The notes under the pieces are model-generated. The model ran no database searches. It was not told where the DNA came from and saw only the letters and a program-made list of their open reading frames with translations. This document shows positions 39,619-49,522 of a DNA stretch of 64,000 nt, one piece after another. Where the stretch lies: positions 128,001 to 192,000 of the forward strand of contig CAXXSL010000019.1 of assembly GCA_963675525.2 (NCBI GenBank), given 5' to 3'. The translations under genes and the position numbers were made by a program. Every line of letters starts with the position of its first letter. The first letter of the stretch is position 1. The DNA comes from Anaerohalosphaeraceae bacterium. Its GTDB lineage: Bacteria > Planctomycetota > Phycisphaerae > Sedimentisphaerales > Anaerohalosphaeraceae.

Positions 39619-40599
39619 ATGAAAGCGAGTAATGTTTCCGTTGTATTGATCCTGATCTTGTCAGCGGTTTTGTTTTCTGTCGGAGTTGTCAAAAAAATCG
39701 CTTTCACGCAGCAGGATAAAAAAGTCATCGCCGTTATTCCCAAAGGCACGGCGTCCATGTGGTGGGAGGTCGTTCACAAAGGGGCCAATCAGGCCGGTGA
39801 TGAAACGGGATATGAGATTCTCTGGACTGGTCCCGAACAGGAAACCGATCGCCAAAAGCAAATCTTTGCTGTCGATGATGTGGTTGTCAAGCAGGTTGAC
39901 GCACTGGTCTTAGGTCCCAATGATGCCAAGGCACTGGCCCGTCCCGTGCTGAAGGTCAAACAGGCCGGGATTCCGTGTGTGATTATCGATTCGGCTGTCG
40001 AAGGTGATCCGGAAAACTACGTCTCGTTTGTGGCAACGGATAACCTGGCAGGTGGTGCCGCCGCGGCACGCCGACTCGGTGCGACTTTAAGCGGCCGGGG
40101 CAATGTCATCATCACCAAGTTCGTCCAAAACTCAGCGTCGACCGATGCCCGCGCCAAGGGCTTTAAGGATACGCTGGCTAAAGAATTCCCCAATATCAAA
40201 ATCGTCGATGAACAGTATTCACTGGGGACGGTCGAGGATTCACGTCAGAAAACCGTGGATATGCTCACGCGTAATCCCAATGTGCAGGGTTTGTTTGCGG
40301 TCAATCACCCAGCCTCGGTTGGTGCCTATAAGGCGCTTCAAACCCAAAAGCTGGCCGGAAAAGTCAAAATGGTTGGATTCGATTCTGATCCCATCCTGCT
40401 GGAAGGCATCGCTGACGGCGGTGTGGATGCACTGGTGGTCCAGAATCCCTTTGACATCGGCTACTACGGTGTCATGGTTGCGGTCGATGCCATTGCCGGC
40501 AAAGAAACACCCAAGAATAAACCGATTGACAGCATGCTGGTCGAGAAGTCGAATCTGGAAGAAATGAAAGCGAAATTTCCTGCTGCGTTGGGGCTTTAA
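39619..40599 (+). CDS. Sugar ABC transporter substrate-binding protein (RbsB-like)
   Basis: IAVIPKG, GIPCVIIDS, FVATDN, R..GF, VGFD, LVVQNPF.IGY. Confidence 0.92.
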   Translation: MKASNVSVVLILILSAVLFSVGVVKKIAFTQQDKKVIAVIPKGTASMWWEVVHKGANQAGDETGYEILWTGPEQETDRQKQIFAVDDVVVKQVDALVLGPNDAKALARPVLKVKQAGIPCVIIDSAVEGDPENYVSFVATDNLAGGAAAARRLGATLSGRGNVIITKFVQNSASTDARAKGFKDTLAKEFPNIKIVDEQYSLGTVEDSRQKTVDMLTRNPNVQGLFAVNHPASVGAYKALQTQKLAGKVKMVGFDSDPILLEGIADGGVDALVVQNPFDIGYYGVMVAVDAIAGKETPKNKPIDSMLVEKSNLEEMKAKFPAALGL

Positions 40600-40601
40600 T
40601 C

Positions 40602-42104
40602 ATGAAGACACAAACAGCAGCCAAACTCCGCATGGAGCATATACTCAAAGTATTCGGTCCGGTGACAGCGCTTCAGGACGTGACGTTTGAGGCCAAGCCC
40701 GGAACTGTCCACGCGTTATGCGGGGAAAACGGCGCCGGTAAATCCACACTGATGAAAGTTCTGGCCGGGGTGTACCAGCCCGATGGCGGAAAAATCTTTC
40801 TCGGCGATCAGGAAATGAAATTTACCCATCCGGGTCAGGCCCTCAATGCAGGCATCTCAATGCTGTATCAGGAACTCGATCTGGCCGAGCACATGATGGT
40901 GTACGAAAATGCGTTTCTGGGCAATGAAATTTCAAGTGCGATCCCATTTGTGGTTAATCGTGATGCGATGATTGAAAAGACACAAGCGCTCTGTGATCAG
41001 TATGGCTTTGATGTTTCCCCGACCGCGGTGATCAGCACTTTAACCACCGGCCAGTGCCAAATCGTCGAGCTACTCAAGGCCCTGATGCGGAATGCTCAAA
41101 TCATTGTGATGGACGAGCCGACTTCTTCGCTATCGGAAGGGGAAGCCAAACGGCTCTTTGAAATTGTTCGTCAACTGCGGGATCGCGGCCTGACAATTAT
41201 CTATATTTCGCACCGTATGGAAGAAGTGAATATGCTGGCTGATGAAATCAGTGTGCTGCGTGACGGTCAGGTCGTCGGCACCGGCCCGTCGCAGGAAATG
41301 GATATCCCCGCGGTGGTCAAGCTTATGGTCGGTCGGGAGCTGAAAGATTTTTATCCGGCACGAGATGTCAAGCTCGGCCAAGTGTTTTTTGAAGCCGAAG
41401 GGCTCGTGACTGGAGAGGGTATTGAGAATATTTCATTTTCCATCCGAGAAGGTGAACTCGTCGGTATGGCCGGACTGGTCGGTGCCGGGCGGACTGAGGT
41501 GGCGCGTGCGATTTTCGGTTTACAGCCTTTGACAAAGGGAACGTTGAAACTCCAGGGCAAAACCGTCAGGATCAAAAGGCCCGCCGATGCGATCAAGCAG
41601 GGTATTGCACTCTTGACCGAGGACCGCAAACGTACGGGGCTGTGTACCAATTTGCCATGCAGCTGGAACATGACGATGCCCAACTACGAACGCATTGGTA
41701 TGAAAACACTCTTGAAACTTCAAGAAGAGCAGGAGCTTTGTCAAACCTACGGCCAGAAGGTGTCGGTTAAATGGGCCGAACCCGATGCCCCGGCTGATTC
41801 GCTTTCCGGCGGAAACCAGCAGAAAGTGCTGGTCGGACGCTGGCTCATGGCCGATTCGGAGTTTATGATTTTTGATGAGCCGACACGCGGCATTGATGTT
41901 GGTGCTAAAAAGGAAATCTATACATTATTAAACGAACTGGCGGCGGCGGGTAAGGCGATTTTGGTGATTTCGTCCGAGTTGCCTGAGCTGTTTGGAATTT
42001 GTGATCGCATTCTCGTCATGCGACGAGGCCATCTGGTGGGGGACTTAAAGACCCAGGAAACAACCCCGGAACAAGTCATGCATTTAGCGGCAGTGGAGGC
42101 TTGA
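40602..42104 (+). CDS. Sugar ABC transporter ATP-binding protein (RbsA-like)
   Basis: GENGAGKSTL, MDEPT, YISH, GLVGAGRTE, LSGGNQQK, DEPTRGIDVGAK. Confidence 0.95.
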   Translation: MKTQTAAKLRMEHILKVFGPVTALQDVTFEAKPGTVHALCGENGAGKSTLMKVLAGVYQPDGGKIFLGDQEMKFTHPGQALNAGISMLYQELDLAEHMMVYENAFLGNEISSAIPFVVNRDAMIEKTQALCDQYGFDVSPTAVISTLTTGQCQIVELLKALMRNAQIIVMDEPTSSLSEGEAKRLFEIVRQLRDRGLTIIYISHRMEEVNMLADEISVLRDGQVVGTGPSQEMDIPAVVKLMVGRELKDFYPARDVKLGQVFFEAEGLVTGEGIENISFSIREGELVGMAGLVGAGRTEVARAIFGLQPLTKGTLKLQGKTVRIKRPADAIKQGIALLTEDRKRTGLCTNLPCSWNMTMPNYERIGMKTLLKLQEEQELCQTYGQKVSVKWAEPDAPADSLSGGNQQKVLVGRWLMADSEFMIFDEPTRGIDVGAKKEIYTLLNELAAAGKAILVISSELPELFGICDRILVMRRGHLVGDLKTQETTPEQVMHLAAVEA

Positions 42105-42105
42105 A

Positions 42106-43086
42106 ATGAATAAGTTTACAAAATATTTATTACCGTTTTGCTCTTTGATTTTTATTATTTCGCTGTGGACCTTTCTGGAGCCTTATACGTTTTTAACCAC
42201 GAATAATTTTCTTAACGTGCTGTCGCGTTCTTCGGTTAATGGTATTATGGCCGCCGGCATGACCTATGTCATTATCACCGCCGGTATTGATTTGTCGGTT
42301 GGTTCCATGCTGGCCATGTGCGGCATGATCGGTTCGGTTGCGATGCTTGGCTTCAGTGGCGCCAGTTGGTCGCAGATCACCGGCGGCAATTATGTCGAAC
42401 TGACCCTGGCGGCGATGATCGGCGGTACGCTGGTTAGTATGCTCGTCGGCGGATTGTGCGGCCTGGCCAATGGGATGCTGATTACTCGTTTAAGATTGGC
42501 TCCGTTTATTGTTACGCTGGGTACCATGAGTATCTTCCGCGGCGTATCCTACCTGATGAACGACGGGAAGCCTTTTTCGGTCAGTGATTACTCTTGGCTG
42601 GATATTGGAACTGTCGCCGGGATTCCGTCATCGGTCGTATTGACGGTAATCGTGTTGGTGATTGCGGGCTTTATTCTCAAGTACACCCGGTTCGGCCGGT
42701 ATACCTATGCGATTGGTTCCAACCCCAAAACGGCTTTCCACGCCGGCGTGAATGTTAAGCTGGTACTGATCGCAATTTACTCATTGATCGGTGCACTGGT
42801 CGGTCTAGCTTCGATGATTGCCACCAGCCGAGCCAGCGGTGCCCAGCCTACAGCGGGTTTGGCGCTGGAGTTGGATATTATCGCCGCGGTCATCATTGGT
42901 GGCTGCTCTCCCAGCGGCGGACGCGGCACGATGGTCGGTACGCTCATCGGCACACTACTCATTCAGTTCCTGCGTAATGGTCTGACCCTGCTTGGAATCT
43001 CAACAAACGTACAATTAGTCGCCGTTGGTGCGATTATTATTCTGGCGGTCACAGCTGACCAGATTGCAACAAAACGACAAGCTTAA
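42106..43086 (+). CDS. Sugar ABC transporter permease (RbsC-like)
   Basis: GIDLSVGS, PFIVTLG, TRFGRYTYAIGSN, ELDIIAAVIIGG. Confidence 0.95.
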   Translation: MNKFTKYLLPFCSLIFIISLWTFLEPYTFLTTNNFLNVLSRSSVNGIMAAGMTYVIITAGIDLSVGSMLAMCGMIGSVAMLGFSGASWSQITGGNYVELTLAAMIGGTLVSMLVGGLCGLANGMLITRLRLAPFIVTLGTMSIFRGVSYLMNDGKPFSVSDYSWLDIGTVAGIPSSVVLTVIVLVIAGFILKYTRFGRYTYAIGSNPKTAFHAGVNVKLVLIAIYSLIGALVGLASMIATSRASGAQPTAGLALELDIIAAVIIGGCSPSGGRGTMVGTLIGTLLIQFLRNGLTLLGISTNVQLVAVGAIIILAVTADQIATKRQA

Positions 43087-43106
43087 TTTTTTAAAAGGAT
43101 GATTCA

Positions 43107-43541
43107 ATGCTAAAGAAGATACCTTCAATTATTTCTCCGGAACTGCTGAAGCTTATGATGGAAATGGGACACGGTGACGAATTGGTGATTGCGGACGGTA
43201 ATTTTCCGGCCGCATCCATTGCGCAGCGTCTTGTTCGGGCCGATGGTCACGGAGTGCCGCCGCTGCTGGAGGCGATTTTGAAAGTGTTTCCGTTGGACAT
43301 CTATGTGGAAAAGCCAGTCGCCTTGATGCAGGTCGTCCCCGGCGATACGGTCGAGACCCCCATCTGGGATGAATACGATAAGATTCTCCGATCCAGCGGC
43401 GAAAAGTATGACGGTTTTGAAAACGTTGAACGTTTTGCGTTTTACGAAAGGGCGAAAAACGCTTACGCCGTTGTTGCCACTGGTGAGTCAGCATTATATG
43501 CAAATATCATTTTGAAAAAGGGGGTAGTGAGCGATGGATAA
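43107..43541 (+). CDS. fucU: RbsD/FucU-family mutarotase (L-fucose mutarotase-like)
   Basis: MGHGDELVIADGNFP, ERFAFYERAK, ATGESALYANIILKKGV. Confidence 0.88.
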   Translation: MLKKIPSIISPELLKLMMEMGHGDELVIADGNFPAASIAQRLVRADGHGVPPLLEAILKVFPLDIYVEKPVALMQVVPGDTVETPIWDEYDKILRSSGEKYDGFENVERFAFYERAKNAYAVVATGESALYANIILKKGVVSDG

Positions 43542-43629
43542 ATGGCTCAAATTAAACGGAGAGGCGATCCATGCGACTTGCCAATGGAAGATATCAAGTG
43601 AGGGACAGTTTTATTTTACATCAAAATGA
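43534..43629 (+). pseudogene. 31-codon remnant of a GH29 alpha-L-fucosidase
   Basis: Hand translation MDKWLKLNGEAIHATCQWKISSEGQFYFTSK* resembles the GH29 W-L-x-x-N-G-E-A-I-Y-x-T-R-P-W...F-T motif. Confidence 0.65.
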
Positions 43630-43648
43630 AAGGCGCGTTATCAGCATC

Positions 43649-43764
43649 GAAATCCGACACCAATCCGACACGAAACATGCCAAGCTGCGTAGAATTAAAG
43701 ACGATTAATTATTCTATTTTTCCTATATCCACAAAAAAAGCGTTGTAAGTTTTTTTCTTACAAC
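43649..43764. repeat. Direct repeat copy 1 (homologous to DNA downstream of tRNA-Asn)
   Basis: 43704-43764 matches 54218-54278 at 57/61 positions; weaker similarity about 55 bp further left (GACACCAA, CTGCGTAGAA). Confidence 0.9.
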
Positions 43765-44020
43765 CTCTGTCCAAATAGCACCATAAATAAGGCAAGACCT
43801 TGTTCTGAATTGTTTTATTAGAGGTTGATTTATAGTATCCGATTCACAAAAAGAAAAAAATCTCTACTTATAAGACGCAAAAACACTTTTAATGGAGGTT
43901 GAAATTTTTTAAACCGTTTATTTCATTGATGTTACAGCTATTCTAGTCTTTTATTTATTCTATTTTTTTGAATAACTTGATTAGTTATATGGACGATTAT
44001 ATAGGCAAGGATAGTATATA

Positions 44021-44563
44021 ATGGCTAACAATCAGTATGAAAAACTGAAATATAAAGAGTTTTTGAGGCTCATCTTAGAGCACAAAAGCCGCATTTATGG
44101 GTATATTTTGCGTCTGATTCCTAATCGAGCCGTTGCCGATGACCTGATGCAGGAGACGACGCTGGTAATGTGGGAGAAATTTCACCAGTTTGAAAAGGGG
44201 ACCAATTTCCCGGCATGGGGTATCCAGATTGCACGTTTCAAAGTCCTTCAATATCGTGCCGCTACCAAAAACTCTCCAATTCGTTTTAATCAGGATGTCT
44301 TTAACTCACTTGCCAGTCCCATTGAAAGCGACCATTATCAAGAGAATCAGAAGGTTCAGGCATTAGAAAACTGTCTCCGGAAACTTTCCAAGCGAGATCA
44401 TAAACTGATCCAGTTGCGTTATGCGGAAAAACAAAAAATCAAGAACATTGCCATAAACTTAGGGTGGTCTTCAGGAATGACTTACAAGTTGATGGCCAAA
44501 ATTCATTATATTTTAAAAGAATGTATTGAAAAACGCCTTTCTATTTCGAGAGCGGTCGAATGA
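44021..44563 (+). CDS. ECF sigma-70 factor (paralogue of 26604-27146)
   Basis: ADDLMQET, WEKF..FEKGTNFPAW...IARFKV, LENCLRKL, LRY; ATGA overlap with next gene. Confidence 0.92.
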   Translation: MANNQYEKLKYKEFLRLILEHKSRIYGYILRLIPNRAVADDLMQETTLVMWEKFHQFEKGTNFPAWGIQIARFKVLQYRAATKNSPIRFNQDVFNSLASPIESDHYQENQKVQALENCLRKLSKRDHKLIQLRYAEKQKIKNIAINLGWSSGMTYKLMAKIHYILKECIEKRLSISRAVE

Positions 44564-46263
44564 GTGCGGCAGATAAATTACGAATGAACGAACTGATTCT
44601 GAAGTCACTGGAGGAAGATATCAGCGGCAAGGAATTTGCAGAGCTGAATCGCTATCTGGAAGCCAATCCGGAAAATCAGGCGTACTATCGACAAATGATC
44701 AACATGTATGTGGAGCTTTATGAGGGTAATGAAGTAACCACCCCCATAGAGGATGTCGTTGACCCGGTATTGGAAGAGCAATTGTGGCAGAGCCTGGCAG
44801 AGTATGAGAAAAACGCCCCCGTCATGATAGTTGAGGCGAAAGATACCCCCGAGACGATCAAGATTGACAAATCGTTCCTGCAGCGTCCTCGTCGTCAGAT
44901 TGAACGAAAATCGTTATATGCTGTCATTGTCTCGCTTGCTGCACTTGTTTTTCTTTTAGTTTATATTAAGTTTGTTCCTGTTCGAGAGATCCCCGAACCG
45001 ATTGCGACGTTGACAGATTGTATTGATGTCCGTTGGGCAAATACCGCCGGCCCAATGGAAAAGGGCACTCGTATGTCTTCCTCTCAGGGCTCTCTTATTT
45101 TGACAAAAGGGGTTGCTGAGTTTCTTTGTGATGATCAAACAAAAATTATTCTCGAGGCACCTGCGGAATTTGAGTTTCTCAGAGCCAATCAGGTTGCTCT
45201 GAATTATGGCCGTCTTTATGCGGTCTCGCAGAAGGATTCTGTCGGATTTACGGTGGATACGCCGGGGTCAAGAATCGTGGATTTGGGGACGGAATTTGGT
45301 GTTAAAGTGGACGTTACGGGGATTACGGAAGTCCATATGATCAAGGGAAAGGCCAGTCTGACCATTAGCGACCGTAATAACGTGAAAAATGATGTTATCC
45401 TTACAGAAAATCAGGCCAGACGGGTACATGCCAAAGAGGGTATTTTCAAAACGCTTACTTTTCGTGGCAAAGAATTTGTCAGAGAAATTAATTCGGACAA
45501 GAGCTTGATTTGGCGGGGAGACCCCATGAACTTAGCCGACATTGTGGGCGGAGGAAACGGATTTGGGACCGGTGTCATTGGCTCTGCCATTGATCCGCGA
45601 ACGGCCAGGCGATTCTTGTTAAGCAGGGTCGAGGAATGGGGGCCTTATGAGGGGCCAATGGAATATATGCCCGTAACTTGGCATGATTTTATTGACGGTG
45701 TTTTTGTCCCTGATGGCCAGAACGGCCCTGTGACCATTTCTACCGATGGCCGGCAGTTTGCATCCTGTCCGGATACATGCAATATGTTCTGGTCGGGTAT
45801 CTCCAATGGAGGACAGCTACCTGAACCTTTAGATGCGCCGCCGGAAGATATACTGTTTAGCAATGTCAGTTACGGAAGTGCCGGGCAATCCGGTATTTTT
45901 ATGCATTCGAATCTTGGTATTACATTCGATCTGGATGCGATACGGAAGGCCTGTCCGAATGTTACCATTACCGAATTTCGTGCGCATTGCGGAATTTGTG
46001 ATAACGGACCCGGGCGATTTCCGTTTGCCGATTTCTGGGTGCTGATTGATGGACGTGTTTGCTTCAGCCGAAAGGGTGTCGGGGCCGGCAGCGATCATGA
46101 AATAGCATTACCGGTTTCCGATAAAGACCGATTTTTGACATTGGCAACAACCGACGGCGGCGAAGAAGTTTGCTTGCGGCTTGAGGGTAACATACCGGTC
46201 CCGATTGACAGCGACTGGTGTTTGTTTGCCGAACCGTATTTAATGCTCGAATTGAAACAATAA
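44560..46263 (+). CDS. FecR-like anti-sigma/sensor with C-terminal NPCBM-like domain (paralogue of 27143-28813)
   Basis: TM LYAVIVSLAALVFLLVYI; LEAPAEF, GFTVDTP, IVDLGTEFGV; NLADIVGGGNG, FMHSNLGITFDLDAIR, FLTLATTDGG. Confidence 0.85.
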   Translation: MSAADKLRMNELILKSLEEDISGKEFAELNRYLEANPENQAYYRQMINMYVELYEGNEVTTPIEDVVDPVLEEQLWQSLAEYEKNAPVMIVEAKDTPETIKIDKSFLQRPRRQIERKSLYAVIVSLAALVFLLVYIKFVPVREIPEPIATLTDCIDVRWANTAGPMEKGTRMSSSQGSLILTKGVAEFLCDDQTKIILEAPAEFEFLRANQVALNYGRLYAVSQKDSVGFTVDTPGSRIVDLGTEFGVKVDVTGITEVHMIKGKASLTISDRNNVKNDVILTENQARRVHAKEGIFKTLTFRGKEFVREINSDKSLIWRGDPMNLADIVGGGNGFGTGVIGSAIDPRTARRFLLSRVEEWGPYEGPMEYMPVTWHDFIDGVFVPDGQNGPVTISTDGRQFASCPDTCNMFWSGISNGGQLPEPLDAPPEDILFSNVSYGSAGQSGIFMHSNLGITFDLDAIRKACPNVTITEFRAHCGICDNGPGRFPFADFWVLIDGRVCFSRKGVGAGSDHEIALPVSDKDRFLTLATTDGGEEVCLRLEGNIPVPIDSDWCLFAEPYLMLELKQ

Positions 46264-46272
46264 TTTTTTGGG

Positions 46273-48201
46273 GTGGGATGGATGAGCGTGGTGAACAGAA
46301 AAGGTATTTTTGGAGTGAAACATTTCAGGCAAATAGGAGTTTTCCTGTTTGTTATTTTGATGTTGACGGGTGGGCTTCTTTTTGGTGAAGAAATTGTAGA
46401 TTCGGGGGCTCACTGGACCCATGATCCGAGCATCATCAAGTCCGGCGACTATTTTTATGTTTATTCGACTGGCGATACCCTTCAAATGCGTCGTTCAACC
46501 AATCTGCATAACTGGGAATATCTTGGCGATGTCCTTCCTGATATCCCCCAGTGGGTTCAGAATAAAATTCCCCAAGCCACAAACCTTTGGGCGCCGGACC
46601 CATTCTATCATAATGGGAAATATTATTTGAACTACTCTGCCTCATCCTGGGGATCGAATACATCCACCATCGCGATGCTTTCCAATCTGACGCTGGACCC
46701 TGACAGCCCGGATTATGAGTGGGTTGATGAAGGCGAAATTTTCAGCTCCGCCAATCAAAGCGTTTTCTATAATACGATCGATGGGGCCTTTGTTAAGGAT
46801 CATACTGGGCAGGTCTGGCTGAGTTTCGGTTCATTCTGGGGCGGTATCAAACTGACGCTTCTGAATTCGACGACGCTGAAGCCCGTCAATTCGACACTGT
46901 ATTCCATTGCCTGGCGAACTGATCCTCCGTATGCCATTGAAGCACCTTACATTGTCTATCGAAACGGCTATTATTATCTGTTTGTTAACTGGGATCAGTG
47001 CTGCGACGGGGTTGACAGTACCTATAAGATTATGGTGGGGCGATCGACCACGATCACGGGACCGTATTATGATAAGAATTCTGTCTCAATGTATAACGGT
47101 GGTGGAACACTGTTTCACGGCAGCGGTGCTCGCTGGATCGGGCCCGGGCACGCTTCGGTGGTCAACGTAGACGGTCAGGACTTTTTCTCTTTTCATGCCT
47201 ATGACGCGCTCAACAATGGCAGACATTCTTTGCGCGTTCATTATTTGGACTGGGACCAAAATGACTGGCCGGTACTCGGTGAGGCGGTTGCGCCCGACGA
47301 CCAAGGTGTTATCGGTTATTGGGACTTTGAAGACGGGACACCTGGCCAGCCCATGAATGATACTGGCTTAGACGGACAGGTTGGTTCCGGCGATCTGTCC
47401 GGAAACGATTTCCATATGTATGCCTGGGATGAAACATCCGGTCCTTCTTTTTCGCTGGAAGGACAAACCCCGACTGGTTCAGGATTAAGTGCAAGATATG
47501 ACGGAGCGCAAGACACTTACACGGCCGATACGTTTATCAACAATTGGTCTCCGACTGTATGGACGATTGAAGTCGCGGCCAAGTTGGACAATCTTACCGG
47601 CTGGCAAACCATGATCGGCAGGGACGGGGCGTCCCACGGCGAAGCCGAATCCGATTTTTATTTCCAGAAAAACGATGCTAACGACCGCTTCCGTCTGAAT
47701 TTTGAAACCGTCGGCGGCCAGCGGTATATCCTCGATGCCGATTTTACGGTGGTCGCCAATCAATGGTATTACCTTGCGGCTGTTTGTGACGGGGACGACC
47801 TTACGATGTACGCTGACAAACTGGATGGCAACGGTTCCCAGGTTGTCGGAACACTGTCCTTAAGCACGACAAACGATAATACCCTGGCCGCTCCCGATGA
47901 ACCCTGGACGTTCGGCCGCGGCTGGTTTAATGGAGCCCTTACTGACCATATTTCCGGCAATCTGGATGGCATCCGTTTTACGGGTCGTGCGTTGGCTCCA
48001 AGCGAATTTCTGCACTACCAATGCGGAGCATGGGGCTATCTGGAAAGCGATCTGAATTTTAATTGCTGGGTTGATTATCCTGATTTTGCATTAATAGCTT
48101 CCGGCTGGGACGGCACGCTGCAGGTGCTCGAACAATTTGCGCTCCAGTGGCTTAATACGACCCAACCGTATGCCGAAGACGCTGTGCATGGGCCACACTA
48201 A
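46273..48201 (+). CDS. GH43 endo-arabinanase-like hydrolase with LamG and dockerin-like tail (start uncertain)
   Basis: THDPSI, LWAPD, NTIDG, FGSFWGGI, AIEAP, GPGH; GYWDFEDG...WYYLAAV (LamG); SDLNFNCWVDYPDFALIASGW...FALQWL. Confidence 0.88.
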   Translation: MGWMSVVNRKGIFGVKHFRQIGVFLFVILMLTGGLLFGEEIVDSGAHWTHDPSIIKSGDYFYVYSTGDTLQMRRSTNLHNWEYLGDVLPDIPQWVQNKIPQATNLWAPDPFYHNGKYYLNYSASSWGSNTSTIAMLSNLTLDPDSPDYEWVDEGEIFSSANQSVFYNTIDGAFVKDHTGQVWLSFGSFWGGIKLTLLNSTTLKPVNSTLYSIAWRTDPPYAIEAPYIVYRNGYYYLFVNWDQCCDGVDSTYKIMVGRSTTITGPYYDKNSVSMYNGGGTLFHGSGARWIGPGHASVVNVDGQDFFSFHAYDALNNGRHSLRVHYLDWDQNDWPVLGEAVAPDDQGVIGYWDFEDGTPGQPMNDTGLDGQVGSGDLSGNDFHMYAWDETSGPSFSLEGQTPTGSGLSARYDGAQDTYTADTFINNWSPTVWTIEVAAKLDNLTGWQTMIGRDGASHGEAESDFYFQKNDANDRFRLNFETVGGQRYILDADFTVVANQWYYLAAVCDGDDLTMYADKLDGNGSQVVGTLSLSTTNDNTLAAPDEPWTFGRGWFNGALTDHISGNLDGIRFTGRALAPSEFLHYQCGAWGYLESDLNFNCWVDYPDFALIASGWDGTLQVLEQFALQWLNTTQPYAEDAVHGPH

Positions 48202-48324
48202 TTAAATAGATGCTGATTTGAAAACTTATAAGTATGTGTTTTGTAGCATTTTGTGAAGCGCAAGTGTGTTGAAGTGTTTGTTTAGTGTGAAACGTTTCAT
48301 TAAATTTTTTGAGGAGAGTGAAAG

Positions 48325-49152
48325 ATGAAAAGAAAATGGTTAAGTGTGGTGGTATTGCTGCTGGTAATCGGGATTGCCGGCAGCGCTGCAGCCGATCCTC
48401 AGAACAACTGGATCGGCGGTGTAGGCGATTGGAACATCGCAACCAATTGGTCGGAGGGTTATGTTCCGGATACATTGGCTCCGACAGTGGACGGCAGGAA
48501 TATCGGTCTTGCTGGCGATACGTCTGTGGCAACGGTAAGTGTAAATACCGAATTCGGCGATCCCGGTGGTGGATGGACTGACTTTTATGGGCCTGAATGG
48601 GGAGCGACCTTGGATATCGATGGCGCAAGCCTGACACATCATGGTTTTGCTTTCGCTCCTGTTGGTGACGCGGCTAATCCCTCTGTTATCGACGTGCATA
48701 ATGGTGGATCATTGACCGTTGGGGAACTATTAATTGGCGACAACTGGTGGTTTAATACCGCTCCGGGTGCGAACCTGAATGTCTATGATACCAGTACGGT
48801 GACCGCCAGAGGGTGGTGCTGGCTGGGCGGCAAGATGAACATCATTGATGGTGTTGTCGATATCGGCGGTGAATTCAACATGAATGCGAGTCTCCAGAAT
48901 AACGCCCATCTGGACATCGAAGCAGGGACTTTAATCGTCCGCGGCGCCGATATTAGCGCCAATGTCGCAGCCTGGATAGCAAATGGCGAACTGACAGCCT
49001 ATGGCTACACACCAGGGACACATGGTGCTGATATCCTCGTTGACACAACGACGATTGCAGGCGGTACCATTATTACGGCAACGGTTCCCGAACCGGCAAC
49101 CATGGCATTGCTTGGTTTGGGTGCTTTGGCACTGCTAAGAAAACGGAAATAA
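48325..49152 (+). CDS. PEP-CTERM surface protein
   Basis: Signal peptide; W.G..GDW....NWS start; C-terminal VPEPATMALLGLGALALLRKRK; GAGGAG RBS. Confidence 0.92.
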   Translation: MKRKWLSVVVLLLVIGIAGSAAADPQNNWIGGVGDWNIATNWSEGYVPDTLAPTVDGRNIGLAGDTSVATVSVNTEFGDPGGGWTDFYGPEWGATLDIDGASLTHHGFAFAPVGDAANPSVIDVHNGGSLTVGELLIGDNWWFNTAPGANLNVYDTSTVTARGWCWLGGKMNIIDGVVDIGGEFNMNASLQNNAHLDIEAGTLIVRGADISANVAAWIANGELTAYGYTPGTHGADILVDTTTIAGGTIITATVPEPATMALLGLGALALLRKRK

Positions 49153-49181
49153 GATCCGTTTGCATTGAATTGACTGACTTT

Positions 49182-49215
49182 TGTTGGCGACCCTTTTACG
49201 ATGGGGTCGCCAACA
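49182..49215 (+). other. Long intergenic stem-loop without downstream U-tract
   Basis: TGTTGGCGACCC-TTTTACGATG-GGGTCGCCAACA, followed by GGAGC. Confidence 0.7.
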
Positions 49216-49522
49216 GGAGCGGCTCTATGAAATATATTTGTTTTCATTTGTTATCCTGCGGGTCTTAAGTCGTGTTTCATTAAAGGGTGGTTATGGAAAA
49301 GAAGCAATTATAATTATACCGGTACGCGTGTGTCGTAGACGCATGAACACCGGGATTTCAGGACAGATGAGATTTTATGTGTTATACGAGCCTGACGGTC
49401 TTAGGGCAATTAATAAATAGCAGGATAATGTACAGAAAATACGAGAGCCGATCGAAACGGCGTAAAAAATGGTTTATGCATGTAAATAAAAACATTTTAT
49501 ATTTTTTTAAGGAGAGTAAAAA

